The notes under the pieces: generated by a model
The model's input: the letters and a program-made list of their open reading frames with translations, nothing else
The model's database searches: none
What the model was told of the DNA's origin: nothing
Assembly (NCBI GenBank): GCA_963733195.1
Contig: CAVTCR010000050.1
Location: 160,001-224,000, forward strand
Source: an uncultured delta proteobacterium
GTDB lineage: Bacteria; Desulfobacterota; Binatia; Bin18
Direction: 5' to 3'
DNA: 64,000 nucleotides
Position numbers and translations under genes: made by a program
Shown: piece by piece, positions 21,401 through 33,633 of the stretch
Numbering within the stretch: position 1 is the first letter of the stretch
How the letters are laid out: each line of letters opens with the position of its first letter

Positions 21401-22795
21401 TTACACTCCTAAATGTACACGCAAGGTCTCAGCGACTTCCTGGGCACACATCAGCACCATACTTTCATCTTCGCCCTCAACCATGACGCGGACTAATGGT
21501 TCGGTACCCGAATAGCGGACCAGGAGTCGTCCATGTTCTCCCAATGCGCCCTGGATTCGTGCCATCGCCTTGGCCACTGGTTCAACAGTAGTGAGATCGC
21601 GCCGTTCGCGTACCTTCACGTTAATGAGTTGCTGAGGGTAACGCTGGATAATCTTTTTCAGATCTGAGAGCGGGCGTTGGCGTTGAATCATAATGGCTAG
21701 GAGGGTAAGTAAGGTCACCATCCCGTCGCCTGTTGTATTCACGTCAAGTAACACGATGTGACCAGATTGTTCACCACCAAGATTGTAGCCGCCACGTAGC
21801 ATTTCTTCGACCACGTAGCGGTCTCCAACTGCGGTACGCACCAGGTGGGCATTCATTTTCTTGAGGGCGACTTCAAGGCCGAGGTTACTCATCACCGTCC
21901 CGACAACCGTGTCCCGCTGTAGCGTCCCACTGCGTAACATCTCTGCCGCGACAATGCCCATGACCGCGTCACCATCAACAATTTCCCCGGTTTCGTCAAT
22001 CAGAATGGCCCGGTCTGCGTCGCCATCGAGCGCAACGCCCATTTGTGCCCCAGTTTCATGGACCAAGCGTTGGACATGCTGCGGGTGTAACGCCCCACAG
22101 TCGCGGTTAATATTTTCTCCGTCCGGCTCAATCCCTAGCGCTGTGACATGGGCACCTAATTCTTCCAACACCTCAGGAGCTAATTTGTATGCTGCACCAT
22201 TCCCACAATCGACCACGACTTTAATCCCGTCGAGCGTAAGTTGGCGGGGAAATGCAGCCTTGACAAAGACATTGTACCGTCCGAGTGCATCATCGATACG
22301 GTGGGCTTTGCCGATCGCCGTAGCAGTCGGACGTAAATGGTCAATCTTTTCATCAAGCACCAGAGACTCGATCTCATCCTCAACTTCATCCGGTAGTTTA
22401 AAGCCATCGCGGGAGAAGACCTTAATCCCATTATCTTGGAAAGGGTTATGTGAGGCCGAAATCACGACACCGGCATCAGCACGCAGGCTTCGCGTCAAGA
22501 AAGCAATCCCGGGCGTGGGTATTGGGCCGACGAGTAAGGCATCAACACCCATTGAACAAATACCCGACGATAAAGCGGTCTCCAGCATGTAACCAGAGAG
22601 CCGCGTATCTTTTCCTATAAGAATCTTATGGCGTCCGGGGTGTTCACGAAATGTGTGCGCCAGCGCACGCCCAACACGCAACGCAGTTTCTGCAGTCATT
22701 GGTTCAACGTTGGCAACGCCACGTATCCCATCCGTGCCAAACAGCCGTTGGCGTAGGGCGTTGTTCTTTTTTGCTGTACCATTCTTGTTGGTCAT
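21401..22795 (-). CDS. glmM: Phosphoglucosamine mutase
   Basis: [39 protein letters not shown]. Confidence 0.96.
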   Translation of the reverse strand: MTNKNGTAKKNNALRQRLFGTDGIRGVANVEPMTAETALRVGRALAHTFREHPGRHKILIGKDTRLSGYMLETALSSGICSMGVDALLVGPIPTPGIAFLTRSLRADAGVVISASHNPFQDNGIKVFSRDGFKLPDEVEDEIESLVLDEKIDHLRPTATAIGKAHRIDDALGRYNVFVKAAFPRQLTLDGIKVVVDCGNGAAYKLAPEVLEELGAHVTALGIEPDGENINRDCGALHPQHVQRLVHETGAQMGVALDGDADRAILIDETGEIVDGDAVMGIVAAEMLRSGTLQRDTVVGTVMSNLGLEVALKKMNAHLVRTAVGDRYVVEEMLRGGYNLGGEQSGHIVLLDVNTTGDGMVTLLTLLAIMIQRQRPLSDLKKIIQRYPQQLINVKVRERRDLTTVEPVAKAMARIQGALGEHGRLLVRYSGTEPLVRVMVEGEDESMVLMCAQEVAETLRVHLGV

Positions 22796-23784
22796 CGGTA
22801 GACTCCTGAAATCTGGGCTTTTCCCCCTGTCCGGGGCTTTGGTAATTTTTTCTTATTGTCTTCTATGAATCGTAGCTCAACCTTCTCTGGGTCTTGCGAG
22901 ACTAACTCAACCCCTGGTGGTACGACAACAGCAACTGGAACCGTTGTCGCGTCAGGCCCTTGTCCAGTAGCATCGGCAAAGACATGATCTTCATTAAACA
23001 CTAAACCTTCGACGAGCAGCTGAGGTCCACGTACCGTCACCGCAACGCGAGATGGGCGCGCTACCACCAGAGAAGCTGCATTTTTCACGGTGATCGCAAG
23101 GTTACGGAATTCCTGAGTTGTTATTACCTCAGCAATCCCAATGCGGACATGAACGCGATCTTTACTATAAGAGACAAAACCTCCCTCTGGGCCACGGAGG
23201 GCAACATCTCGTGTAACGGGTTGAGTAAGCGTACTCAGATCAAAGACATCAGTCAGCACGGTTTGAAGTTTCTCAACCTGAGGTGCGGGTCCGGTGACTT
23301 CGATCTTCTCCGGATTCAGTTCCGTCTCTTTCACAAGGTATCCTCGTGGTGGCTTACCTATCAATTCAAGCTGTACTGGAACTGTCCGTTTAATGATCTG
23401 GGCGATGTTGAGGTTGACTTGTGCAGGACTGATACGAATTAATCGTACCCCACGGGGAAGGTTCAGCATGTCAGGGGTAATGCGAAAAGAAGCCATGCCA
23501 GGCCGCACCTCACGGAGATCGAGTCTAAGCTTCTTTGAATTCAATTGACTGAGCAACGACCTCGGGCCGCGAAGTCGGAGGTCAACATATTCATCCCGTG
23601 TTCCATTAATCATCAATTGCGCAGGCAGATTTTGAAATTCGACCGGAACAACGAGCGTCTTCTCGGCATCACGCTCAGCATAGTTCACGAAAAGCCACAG
23701 TCCACAGGCAAATGCTATCGAGAAAAGCTTGAGCCGCCCGTTTCTAACGACGCGTCGGTTAATCCTCTTGCCAACCCATTTCAT
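22792..23784 (-). CDS. cdaR: CdaR / YbbR-domain protein
   Basis: N-terminal TM ([12 protein letters not shown]), repeated beta-rich YbbR-like domains, position between cdaA and glmM. Confidence 0.85.
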   Translation of the reverse strand: MKWVGKRINRRVVRNGRLKLFSIAFACGLWLFVNYAERDAEKTLVVPVEFQNLPAQLMINGTRDEYVDLRLRGPRSLLSQLNSKKLRLDLREVRPGMASFRITPDMLNLPRGVRLIRISPAQVNLNIAQIIKRTVPVQLELIGKPPRGYLVKETELNPEKIEVTGPAPQVEKLQTVLTDVFDLSTLTQPVTRDVALRGPEGGFVSYSKDRVHVRIGIAEVITTQEFRNLAITVKNAASLVVARPSRVAVTVRGPQLLVEGLVFNEDHVFADATGQGPDATTVPVAVVVPPGVELVSQDPEKVELRFIEDNKKKLPKPRTGGKAQISGVYR

Positions 23785-24532
23785 GAGTAAATAATTGTTG
23801 CAGCGCCGACCGCAGCGTCTGAGTATCCAGGTTTCGCGTAATTTGGCCCCCTCGCACTAGCGAAGCGGTTCCCTCTTCCTCCGACACAACCACCACGACA
23901 GCGTCGGTTTCTTCCGTAATACCAATCGCTGCACGATGACGAGTCCCGAGCGCTTTGGTCACATTCGGGTTCGTCGTTAATGGCAAAATGCACCCTGCTG
24001 CGGCAATCCGCCCCCGTCGCACCACTAACGCTCCATCATGCATCGGAGCTGCGGGAAGGAAAATACTTTCAATTAATTCTTTATTCACTACCGCATCAAT
24101 CGTCGTCCCGGCCTCCATATAGTCGTTCAGCCCAACTTCACGTTCCAACACAATGAGCGCTCCGACACGGCGATCAGCAAGGCGCGAGGTCGCTCGGGTG
24201 AGTTCTTCCAGCATCAGCTCATATGAAGTATGTGCTTTCAAACTAAAGAATGGGCCTCGCCCTACCTCTGTTAATGCTCGCCGAATGTCACTCTGAAACA
24301 GCACCACAATGACCAACAGAATAGAGGTAAGAAAATTGTCGAGAATCCAGTTCAGCGTGTACAGTTCAAAAACTTGCGAGAGCAGATACGTTCCGAACAG
24401 GATAACCAATCCGATCAGCATCTGAACGGCACGAGTGCCACGGATTCGGAGAATGATCCAGTAGACAACAATGGCGATCAACGTAACATCGACGGCATCT
24501 TGCCACCGGAGCTGGGTCAACAGATCGGTCAT
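23759..24532 (-). CDS. cdaA: Diadenylate cyclase CdaA
   Basis: Three TM segments, HDGAL and GTRHRAA motifs, VVSEE. Confidence 0.95.
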   Translation of the reverse strand: MTDLLTQLRWQDAVDVTLIAIVVYWIILRIRGTRAVQMLIGLVILFGTYLLSQVFELYTLNWILDNFLTSILLVIVVLFQSDIRRALTEVGRGPFFSLKAHTSYELMLEELTRATSRLADRRVGALIVLEREVGLNDYMEAGTTIDAVVNKELIESIFLPAAPMHDGALVVRRGRIAAAGCILPLTTNPNVTKALGTRHRAAIGITEETDAVVVVVSEEEGTASLVRGGQITRNLDTQTLRSALQQLFTHEMGWQED

Positions 24533-24739
24533 GACAACGAGCGTCCTTTGTCTGCCCCTTTGGCCGTCCCCATTTCCGCTGGAGGAGCGCTAGGCTGACA
24601 CCATACTGCTCGGCGCGAATTTTGGCGATGTTCAGAGGAGAAGGGGCCCATCGCCACGCGTGCATAACGATAGCCGAACACTAGAGAATCCGAGTATAGA
24701 ACAACACTCGTCCACTATCGCAGGTTACCGAAAATATTG

Positions 24740-26572
24740 TTATGAGGCAGCGGGTTGCGGTTCACTTACCGCCACGTTACTTGGTGCAAAGCTTCTGAGG
24801 ATCTCGTCAATCTCAGGTCCGTCGAGCACTTCTTTTTCCAACAGCACCGCCGCCATCCTATGCAGAATTTCGAGGTTCGACCGCAGCAAGCGTTTGGCGC
24901 GCTCATAAGCGTCCCGAAGAATTCGTCGAACCTCACTATCAATCTCAATCGCGGTTTGCTCAGAGTAGTCTTTTGTCTGCGTGAAATCACGCCCGAGAAA
25001 GATTTGCTCTTCCTTCTTCCCAAAGGTTATAGGGCCGAGGTTTTCACTCATTCCCCACTCACAAACCATACGGCGGGCAAGATCCGTCGCCTTCTCAATG
25101 TCATCACCCGCACCAGTCGTAACCTGTCCAGAAGACAGTTCCTCAGCAACACGGCCACCAAACATAATTGCCAAACGGTTGTGAATATACTCGCTTGACC
25201 ACGTATGCCGGTCGTCCATTGGCACTTGTTGGGTCACACCGAGCGCCATACCACGTGGGATAATTGTCACTTTATGTACTGGATCAGTATCAGGAATCAA
25301 CTTTGCCACTAGAGCGTGTCCAGCTTCATGATAGGCAGTACTCCGCCGCTCTTCGGTACTGAGAATCATACTCCGCCGCTCTGCACCCATAAGGACCTTG
25401 TCTTTTGACAGCTCAAAGTCTTGCATGTCGACTTTGTCCTTGTTCTTGCGGGCAGCCAGTAACGCCGCTTCGTTCACCAAGTTTTCAAGGTCTGCACCAG
25501 AAAAGCCAGGAGTGCCACGGGCAAGCTGCACAATATCAACCCCGTCGGCCAGCGGAACGCGACGGCTGTGCACACGCAGGATCTCTTCACGTCCGCGCAC
25601 ATCAGGGCGGGGCACTACCACTCGGCGATCAAATCGACCTGGACGCAGCAGGGCAGGGTCAAGAACATCAGGACGGTTTGTCGCAGCAATCAGGATCACA
25701 CCTTCGTTAGTCTCAAATCCGTCCATTTCAACCAATAATTGGTTCAGGGTCTGCTCGCGTTCATCATGACCACCACCAAGGCCGGCACCACGATGGCGAC
25801 CAACAGCGTCAATTTCATCAATAAAGATGATGCAAGGCGCCTGTTTCTTACCCTGTACGAATAAGTCACGCACTCGCGAGGCTCCAACACCGACAAACAT
25901 CTCCACGAAATCTGATCCACTAATGGAGAAAAAAGGAACACCAGCTTCCCCTGCAATAGCGCGGGCAAGCAAGGTTTTTCCTGTTCCAGGAGCACCGACA
26001 AGGAGAACACCCTTGGGAATGCGACCGCCAAGGCGGGTAAATTTCTTGGGATCCTTCAGAAACGCGATGATCTCTTCCAGCTCTTGTTTCGCTTCCTCAA
26101 CTCCAGCGACGTCGCTGAAAGTAATCCGATGTTGGTTTTCTGTCAAAAGCTTAGCGCGGCTCTTACCGAAGGACATCGCTTTACCGCCACCCATTTGCAT
26201 CTGGCGCATAAAGAACACCCACACTCCAATCAATAGGAACATGGGGAACCACTGCACAAGTAGGGTGATATACCAAGGCTCACCATCTTCTGGTCGCGCC
26301 TCTATACGTACCCCTTTCTCACGTAGGGTTTTAATGAGCTCGGGATCTTCAGGCGAAAAGGTCTTGAACCGCTCGTCATTCTTCAATTCCCAATGAATCG
26401 TTTTTCCCTGAATGAGGACTTTCGCCACTTCCCCTTTTTCAACCGAGGCATAGAAGTCGCTAAATGGTCGCTCAGGTTCTCGTAGTTGCTGGCGATTAAA
26501 CACGTTGAAAAGCACCAGGAACACTAAGCCTAGCAAAAGCCACAAGGCGAGATTATGTGAGACTTTATTCAC
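24740..26572 (-). CDS. ftsH: ATP-dependent zinc metalloprotease FtsH
   Basis: [31 protein letters not shown]. Confidence 0.97.
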   Translation of the reverse strand: MNKVSHNLALWLLLGLVFLVLFNVFNRQQLREPERPFSDFYASVEKGEVAKVLIQGKTIHWELKNDERFKTFSPEDPELIKTLREKGVRIEARPEDGEPWYITLLVQWFPMFLLIGVWVFFMRQMQMGGGKAMSFGKSRAKLLTENQHRITFSDVAGVEEAKQELEEIIAFLKDPKKFTRLGGRIPKGVLLVGAPGTGKTLLARAIAGEAGVPFFSISGSDFVEMFVGVGASRVRDLFVQGKKQAPCIIFIDEIDAVGRHRGAGLGGGHDEREQTLNQLLVEMDGFETNEGVILIAATNRPDVLDPALLRPGRFDRRVVVPRPDVRGREEILRVHSRRVPLADGVDIVQLARGTPGFSGADLENLVNEAALLAARKNKDKVDMQDFELSKDKVLMGAERRSMILSTEERRSTAYHEAGHALVAKLIPDTDPVHKVTIIPRGMALGVTQQVPMDDRHTWSSEYIHNRLAIMFGGRVAEELSSGQVTTGAGDDIEKATDLARRMVCEWGMSENLGPITFGKKEEQIFLGRDFTQTKDYSEQTAIEIDSEVRRILRDAYERAKRLLRSNLEILHRMAAVLLEKEVLDGPEIDEILRSFAPSNVAVSEPQPAAS

Positions 26573-26614
26573 TCCTTTCCCCTTTCATCCAATTCCGACA
26601 GCCTAACATAGTTT

Positions 26615-28018
26615 TTATTTCTCCGGCAATGGGATGACCTCGGCTCGGCAAACACGCTGGGTCGTCGCTGAGATCTTAGCAACTTCACCTCGCACACATC
26701 CAGGAATCCACGCGATGAGATCGCCAATCTCAATCAGGGGCAAGCCTCGCCGGAGCATAAGGGGCACTTTCGCATCAACAAACACATCGTGCACTTTCTT
26801 TTTCCCGCCTAACCCCAGAGGGGTAATGCGGTCTCCCGGTCGGAAGCTTCTTACCAGGAAACGGCCATCGCACTGGTCCATATCAAACAAGGCGTGCCAG
26901 AGGTCCGCTGTGCGCGCACTCTCCGCAGGACCATTCCATATAAAGGGAGCAGACATTCGTACGCGCCATCCTCCTTGCGGAATGTCAATCTCCTGCCCGG
27001 GGAGCAATGCCTGGCTATACGGCAGCACCGTTGGAACACGAGAAGGTACAGACAGTTTTTCTTCAAGCACAAGATGTATACCTTCACGCCGGACCGACAC
27101 ACCTCCCGGCAAGTCGACAGCCACTCGCGAGTGTCCTGCCGCTAAGGTCCGCAAATGATCCAAGTGATACGAGGTTATCTCACGCACAGAAGAATGGCAC
27201 TCAACCCACTGGCGCAAAATACGCGTCTGCAACACAGCTGGTTCAATCGCGAGTCGCGGGAGCGACAACACAGAGGCCGATTCTTGCGCCCGGCCTCGCG
27301 CTGTCGTGGCAAGCGTTTCCAACCAGGTTTCTTCTTCTCGAAACACTTCCGCCATTTGCACGAGATGGTCACGAATACGTGGAGAGTACTCGCGTTCGAG
27401 TAGAGGTAACAGCTCGTGACGTATTCTGTTCCGCGTATAGCGCAGATCCAAGTTGCTGGCGTCAGTCACAAACGGCAACTTTAGCGCAGTCAGGTATTGC
27501 ATCACCTCTTGGCGCGTACAATCGAGCAACGGACGAACAATCCACCCGTCTCGAATGGGAGGAATTCCTGCCAATCCCCGCCGGGCACTCCCACGGAGAC
27601 AGCGAAAAAGCACCGTCTCCGCTTGGTCATCACGCGTATGTGCAAGAGCAACAGCGGCGAGTTGAGCCTCTTCACGGACACGACGAAAAAAGCGGTAGCG
27701 AGCCTCACGTGCCCACACCTCAATTCCACTCCGTCTCGTCGGTGGGATAAGCCGCTCGACAGTGCACGGCACCTGCCAACGCTGGCAGAGAGACTCAACC
27801 AAGCGCTGTTCTTCCTCAGCCTCAGGACGGAGCCTGTGATTCACATGAAGCACGTGTAGACGCAGTCCTTGCGTGGGGGCAAACGAAACAAGTGCCGCGC
27901 CCAAGGCAACTGAATCTGGACCACCGGAAACAGCTACGCCAAGCGTACTTCCACGTAGAGCGGGAAGAAGCCGTTCAAGGGCAAGCTCAATTGTTCTACT
28001 CAAACGATGCCTGAACAT
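26615..28018 (-). CDS. tilS: tRNA(Ile)-lysidine synthase
   Basis: SGGPDS, HVNH, AHTRDDQAET, RPLL, D.SN...YTRNRIR. Confidence 0.95.
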   Translation of the reverse strand: MFRHRLSRTIELALERLLPALRGSTLGVAVSGGPDSVALGAALVSFAPTQGLRLHVLHVNHRLRPEAEEEQRLVESLCQRWQVPCTVERLIPPTRRSGIEVWAREARYRFFRRVREEAQLAAVALAHTRDDQAETVLFRCLRGSARRGLAGIPPIRDGWIVRPLLDCTRQEVMQYLTALKLPFVTDASNLDLRYTRNRIRHELLPLLEREYSPRIRDHLVQMAEVFREEETWLETLATTARGRAQESASVLSLPRLAIEPAVLQTRILRQWVECHSSVREITSYHLDHLRTLAAGHSRVAVDLPGGVSVRREGIHLVLEEKLSVPSRVPTVLPYSQALLPGQEIDIPQGGWRVRMSAPFIWNGPAESARTADLWHALFDMDQCDGRFLVRSFRPGDRITPLGLGGKKKVHDVFVDAKVPLMLRRGLPLIEIGDLIAWIPGCVRGEVAKISATTQRVCRAEVIPLPEK

Positions 28019-28107
28019 AGTAACGTGTAATCGTACCCCCCGAGATCTTGTCCGTGCTCTTCGAGGTGCTTGTACTCAATTCTCCAGCTTGGCATGATGC
28101 TCACCGT

Positions 28108-28770
28108 ATGAAAAAGGTGTTGTATGTCTATGGACTTTTTGTTCTTGTTCTTTTCTCTACAACTGCTCATACTGAAGACGAAGTTCCCTGGAGCACGGAT
28201 CGCTCTCCAGAGCTCGGGAAGCTCTTACGAGAATTGAACCACCTTTATGGGGCAGATACGGTCTCACTCCTAAGCTGGCTCAATGACGCCAGCATCCATC
28301 ACAAGCGCTCCGTTCTCACCGCAACTGTTCGGGTTGATGGAAAAGAGACGATGGACAACTTGAGTTTCCTCGTATTCAAGGTGGAAACCGGCGTGATTTT
28401 TAATACACAAACGGATGACCAAACAAGCCGTCTTGTAAATCTATGGGAACAAGTGCTCGCAAAAGCCTTTAGCCACTTCGATACCTTCACTGCACCCACA
28501 GACGGTATTATGATTAATTTACTCTCCCACTGCAAAGCGTTCGCAGAGAAAGACGAGATGGCGGACCATATCGATGAACCTGGTTCGGTTGAGGAAGTGA
28601 AATTCTACTTTCCTGGTGAGCCGCTACGCGCCTATCTGGGGAAACAACTGTCAGCGCAAACTCTTCTTAGCCGAGCGTCCATTCTGGTCAATGGGACACG
28701 CACTCCGGTGTTTCTCCCTGGAGAAGGCACCCGAGCTGCAGTAGAGCAGTCTGTAAACACTAGCGAGTAA
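28108..28770 (+). CDS. Hypothetical exported protein
   Basis: Signal-peptide-like MKKVLYVYGLFVLVLFSTTAHT; long open frame. Confidence 0.7.
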   Translation: MKKVLYVYGLFVLVLFSTTAHTEDEVPWSTDRSPELGKLLRELNHLYGADTVSLLSWLNDASIHHKRSVLTATVRVDGKETMDNLSFLVFKVETGVIFNTQTDDQTSRLVNLWEQVLAKAFSHFDTFTAPTDGIMINLLSHCKAFAEKDEMADHIDEPGSVEEVKFYFPGEPLRAYLGKQLSAQTLLSRASILVNGTRTPVFLPGEGTRAAVEQSVNTSE

Positions 28771-28899
28771 TTGTGCACGGATCTTTTGGCAGGAGTAACG
28801 CACGGGGGCGTTGTCTGAAAGGTCGCGGCTAGAATCTTCCACCTGTTGGTACATTCCCTACTACCCTCTCATGAGCAAGTGACAAAAATAGGGCAAGCT

Positions 28900-29577
28900 T
28901 TACTCAAGAGCGACGATACCGTAGCGCACTGCGTACCGGACCAATCCTGCGGTGTCGTGAATGTCGAGGCGTTTCATCAACCGCGCACGATGCACCTCAA
29001 CCGTCTTTACTTTCATCTTGAGTAGGGTGGCAATGTCTTTAGTTGACCGCCCCTCGGCAACTAGCTGGAGAATCTCCCGTTGGCGCGGGGTCAGGTGAGT
29101 TAAGGGTTCTCGCTCTTGTGAGGTGGGCTTAGTTCTTTCACCTTGGAGTCGTGGCAGGTAGTCATTCAATAGGATAGAGGTAATCTTCGGACTGAGGTAA
29201 ACGTTCCCTTGGCTCACCACCTCAATAGCCCTCGTCAATTCCGCAGGTGTAGAATCTTTCGACAAGAATCCAGCCGCACCTAACCGTAAGGCATGACGAA
29301 CGTGTTCTTCGTCGGTATACATCGACATCATTAGGACGCGAACCCCCGGATATTCCTTAGTGATTCGTGCCAACATTTCCATGCCATTGAGGTTGGGCAT
29401 GGCAATATCCGTCAATACCAATGTCGGGCGACTTTCTCTGATGAGGCTAAGAGCCTCATACCCATCGGCGGCTTGGGCTACAACCTCCACGTTCGGCAGA
29501 TTGCGCAAGAGGCCAGCCACTCCGGCACGAACCAAGCCATGGTTCTCTACTAATAAGACCCGAACTGGCTTTGTCAT
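28900..29577 (-). CDS. NarL/LuxR-family response regulator
   Basis: Receiver (LTDIAMP) plus LTPRQREILQLVAEG...KTVEVHR HTH. Confidence 0.93.
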   Translation of the reverse strand: MTKPVRVLLVENHGLVRAGVAGLLRNLPNVEVVAQAADGYEALSLIRESRPTLVLTDIAMPNLNGMEMLARITKEYPGVRVLMMSMYTDEEHVRHALRLGAAGFLSKDSTPAELTRAIEVVSQGNVYLSPKITSILLNDYLPRLQGERTKPTSQEREPLTHLTPRQREILQLVAEGRSTKDIATLLKMKVKTVEVHRARLMKRLDIHDTAGLVRYAVRYGIVALE

Positions 29578-29689
29578 AAGATGCTGAACAATAACAACTC
29601 ACAGTCTCCAGAATGATCAGAGGGCAGCCTGTCCCTCTACCTTTTGATGTCATAACGCTTACTCCATTTGACAGAGGCAAAAGAATCAA

Positions 29690-29778
29690 TCAAGGAAAAA
29701 AATCCTCAAAAGCCTTAGTAAAAATACTACGGGAGATTAAAAAAATTCCTCATACGAACATAGGGAAGAATTTCTTGA
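29690..29778. promoter_or_regulatory. Cluster of imperfect palindromes upstream of the response regulator
   Basis: TCAAGG-A7-TCCTCA, TTAGTAAAAATACTAC, TAGGGAAGAATTTCTTGA. Confidence 0.3.
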
Positions 29779-30030
29779 GGACCAGGCGGGAAACGCATTC
29801 CTCAGGGTGCTTGCTCTGACGTCACCTCGACGCTGCATGACCGTAGCTATCGCGCTCTGTTGTTTTCGCCAAAAGAAACAATTGGTGATAATTCTATGGC
29901 GTAAACAAAGACTATGCAACGAGAAAGAGCAAAGAATCAGGAATGCCGCGTTCCAGCTCCGGGGTCGTAGCAGAGACGGAGATTCCTCAGTGATGGAGAG
30001 GCGACTGCCCTTTACCGAATTACTTCTGCC

Positions 30031-31236
30031 TTAACGATCGCTGAGGGGAAACCAGGCGCTGACCCGCGTTCCATGTTGGGCAGTCGATTCAATGCAGAGA
30101 TTCCCGCCAGCTAAGTGCGCCCGTTCCTGCATGCCGACAATGCCCCAATTCCCGTTGGCAACTGAACGATCTCGTGCCGCATCCACGTCAAACCCGACAC
30201 CATCATCTTTAATCCATAGGCGTAACGCGGTCTCTTCTTGCCGTAAGTCAATCGTAACGTGTTGTGCCTGCGCGTGTCGGATGACATTTGTGAGGGCTTC
30301 CTGCACGATGCGAAAACAGCCAATCTCAACCTCCCCTGGCAGGCGGCCAGGTAGAGTGTCGACATGGAACTGAATTTTCAGCCCAGTCCGTTCGCCTTGA
30401 CGAGACAGATACCAGCGTAGAGCAGCAGGAAGCCCCAGAGTTTCAAGCGGCGCCGGTCGCAAATCAGTGAGAAGTGCACGCACTTGCTCCATAAGGTGGT
30501 CAATCAGACCAGTGCTCTCTTGTAAACGCGCTCGGTCCGGAACCGATTCATGTTGCAATTCTTGTAGTCCGATTTTTAAGGCCGTCAATGTCTGGCCCAT
30601 CTCGTCGTGCAACTCGCGGGCAATACGTCGACGCTCCTCCTCTTGCCCCTTCAAGAGTTGCCGAGCGAAGATGTTCTTACTCTCGATCAGCGCCTCCAAG
30701 AGGCGCTTTTGTTCAGTAATATCGACAAAGGTACCGATGTAGCCAGCAACAGCAGAGGTTTCATCATGGACTGGTACACACTGACTCAGGACCCACATAA
30801 CCTTACCATTGGAACACTGAAGACGGAATTCATCACGAAGCATCTCTCCAGATGCCATCCCCCGATGCCAGCGGCTAACTGCCAAGTCACGCTCTTCAGG
30901 GTGTAAAGCCCGTGCCCACCCACCTCCAGACGTCTCAGGTCGGGTCAGGCCAGTCATCTCGTGCCACTGTCGATTGACGTACAAGCATCGGCCTCGAGCG
31001 TCAGTATAGAAAATTCCTACCGGTGCTTCCTCAGCAATCGTACGAAAATATGATCCGCGCGCCACCAAGTCTCGCCCAAGCCGCTTAAGAGTTCCCTTCT
31101 CTTTAGCTTCACGTAAAGTCTGCTGAACGACAGGGGTAAGCCAAGCTTGAACCAGCCAGCGGTTCATTCCGGCAGAACCGCTTTGGTCTGTTCGGTTGAA
31201 CTCCTGGATAGCGTTCGCAGAATCTATTCGCTCCAT
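30031..31236 (-). CDS. PAS-domain sensor histidine kinase (HisKA_3 type)
   Basis: PAS/PAC, EERRRIARELHDEMGQ, QEALTNVIRHA, DDGVGF; start uncertain. Confidence 0.92.
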   Translation of the reverse strand: MERIDSANAIQEFNRTDQSGSAGMNRWLVQAWLTPVVQQTLREAKEKGTLKRLGRDLVARGSYFRTIAEEAPVGIFYTDARGRCLYVNRQWHEMTGLTRPETSGGGWARALHPEERDLAVSRWHRGMASGEMLRDEFRLQCSNGKVMWVLSQCVPVHDETSAVAGYIGTFVDITEQKRLLEALIESKNIFARQLLKGQEEERRRIARELHDEMGQTLTALKIGLQELQHESVPDRARLQESTGLIDHLMEQVRALLTDLRPAPLETLGLPAALRWYLSRQGERTGLKIQFHVDTLPGRLPGEVEIGCFRIVQEALTNVIRHAQAQHVTIDLRQEETALRLWIKDDGVGFDVDAARDRSVANGNWGIVGMQERAHLAGGNLCIESTAQHGTRVSAWFPLSDR

Positions 31237-31525
31237 ACGACGATCCTTTCCTGTAGGAGTCATGCGGACAATGCATAGATTTGACGCATCTCTATCGAAC
31301 ACCCGTAGAACGATGACAGAGGGGAGAGTCCCTTACTCCGGCTTCATTTAAGATATTGCTGAAGTTCGAAAATAGTCTCAAACTGTTCGTCATTGCGTTC
31401 AAATCAGTTCATAGATTACTGAACACGAACAACTGAGAGGATTTCTTTTCTGACCAACCGGCCAAGAGCCGAACAACAGGAAGAGCAATTCGAGAAAGGA
31501 AACTGAGACTTTAGTCCAGGGTGAA

Positions 31526-31571
31526 GATAGCGGCGGGCGGAATCGAACCGCCGACCTAGGGATCATGAGAC
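31526..31571 (-). repeat. 3' half of tRNA-Met (att site)
   Basis: 46-bp direct repeat of 33632-33677 with one mismatch, from the anticodon arm to the 3' end. Confidence 0.92.
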
Positions 31572-33630
31572 TAAGATAACCATGGCTATTATCATTGATC
31601 TTTTTAGAAGTTTTACTAGTCGATACATCATCCTGCATGAACCGACACGCATCCCAGACGCAACCATACAAGTTATGATAGTTGTAGAGGAGAGAGGCTC
31701 TGCTCCGCTTTCTTCCTCAGCTAGCAGCTTTCCAGCAATTCCGCTCTGTGTCATCAGGCACTAACGCGTGGGGTGAGGGGAAACTCGTCGTGCGAAGCGA
31801 GCAATCCGTTGACGCTGATTTCCCGGGTATGGTAGTACACCGGCAAGATAACGTGTGTGTAACTCTGCATTCTGACCCATCTCGTGTAGGCAGGAGAGGT
31901 AACGATGACATCCAATCGACGAAGCAACACGCAGAGCAACCATATTGACTCATAAATAAGATTTGCAGAGGTTTTTATGTCAGGGATCATTCGTTGGAGG
32001 TTTATCTCCGTGCTGCTCAGGCTCTGCGTGCTTCTCATAGGGGTGGTGGGTCTCGGTACTGGGGCGAGTGCCCAGACGGGGTGTCATTACTATGCCTCCC
32101 CGACCGGCACGGGGAACGGGCTTTCTCCCGCAACCCCGTTTAAGGTCAACAATTTTTGGGCAGTCGCGGCTCCAGGGAAGACCCTGTGCCTGTTAGATGG
32201 GGCGTATAGCGGGTCAGAATCGATGATTGACCCGCCGGATAATTTGAGTGGCACCCAAGGGAACCCCATTACGGTCCGGGCCCTGAATGATGGGGCAGTG
32301 AGGATTGACGGGGGAGGGCGCACGGCACGTCATCGATCTCATCGAACAGTAACGACTGGTTTGTTGTTGAGGGGATTAGATGACGCGCAGTGGCTCTCAA
32401 AGTTGGGGTCGGCGAGCGGTCACTCGCTAGTGATAATAATATTATGCGTTGTGTTGTCTGCTGGGACATTTCACCGTCCACCGGGGACGGGGATGGCGCG
32501 GATTACGTACCGAAGGAATACTAACGTCAACAGGGGAAACGCTGTTTGAAGACGTGGCTTGTTTTGGGCGCGGTCGAAAAATATTTTACCAATGCGCAGG
32601 GAGGCAACTAGTGGTCAGTATTCAAGCTCGACTTTTAGGCGCGTCTGGGGGAGATGGGAAGGCAAGTACGGATACTGTTGCTAATCCGAAACACACCTTT
32701 GAATTGTTCGTATAACTCGTGGTAATACCATATTTGAGAATATCATTGGGACATGGGACGATTCTGGGCAGCCAAGTTTGAGCGAACCTGAAGGCGCTCG
32801 ATTTTCTGGGCGCACGTCAAACCAGCTCCAGGTGCGATATGCCTATTAACCGTCATGGGATGATCCAAATCCTGGGTTCCATATTGGCTGATTAATGACT
32901 GGAGATCTAACATGACTTCAGGCAAAACCTGAGAGATAGCGTCCGCGAGGCAAAGCGATAAATTACCCGTTGACCAGATTCTCTTGGCAAACGAACTCCC
33001 TGTTTTTCCTGGAGCCGGAAGATGTCGTTTGCAGGGAAAAGAGCCATTGCGTATGGACAATATGAGCATCCCAGGCACGCAGTTATTTCTCAGGGCCGGG
33101 GGGATGAGTGTCGCCAAAATTGGTGGAAGCGCGCATCAGTGTATATTGGCAGCGAGTGGAAGAAAGACAAACATTTCGTGAAGGGGCAACGATAGAGGCG
33201 GCTATTGGTTCCGGGAACAGTATTCATGGACCGAAGGTACCAGGGGCTGCGCAAGCGCTATCAGGATGGGGTTCTTACTGGCGAGCCGCTCTGGCCATGG
33301 CCGATGAACCAGCGCATTAAGAACGCCATGATGGCATCGGGCAGGTCTCCGGTTGATGTAACCCAAACGGTGACCCGGATATTTGGTCCAATTCCTCAGA
33401 GGTGCCTTAGGAGCAATAGTAATAGTAGTGTGGGCGCACCAGCTAACCTGCGTATAACCCAATAGTAATTATTCTGGACTGAAGGGAAGCGTAAACCATT
33501 ATGACACCTGATATGGGATGCATAACGTTTAAGTGGCAAATAACCGAAGCGATAGATATTTCTTTATCATCGCATTTCCGCAATGGGTTCGGACACTGTT
33601 TTAGAGAAACGTGTAAGTAGTGGGAAAGGT
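31572..33630. mobile_element. Small island A bounded by the complete tRNA-Met and its displaced 3' half
   Basis: Flanking direct repeat; cargo is one degraded secreted-protein gene; no integrase inside. Confidence 0.7.
31977..33465 (+). pseudogene. Heavily frameshifted secreted protein, probably parallel beta-helix / polysaccharide-lyase-like
   Basis: Signal peptide, YYASPTGTGNG...PGKTLCLLDGAY...GTQGNPITVRALNDG; C-terminus RYQDGVLTGEPLWPWPMNQRI; middle broken into short ORFs. Confidence 0.6.
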
Positions 33631-33633
33631 TGA

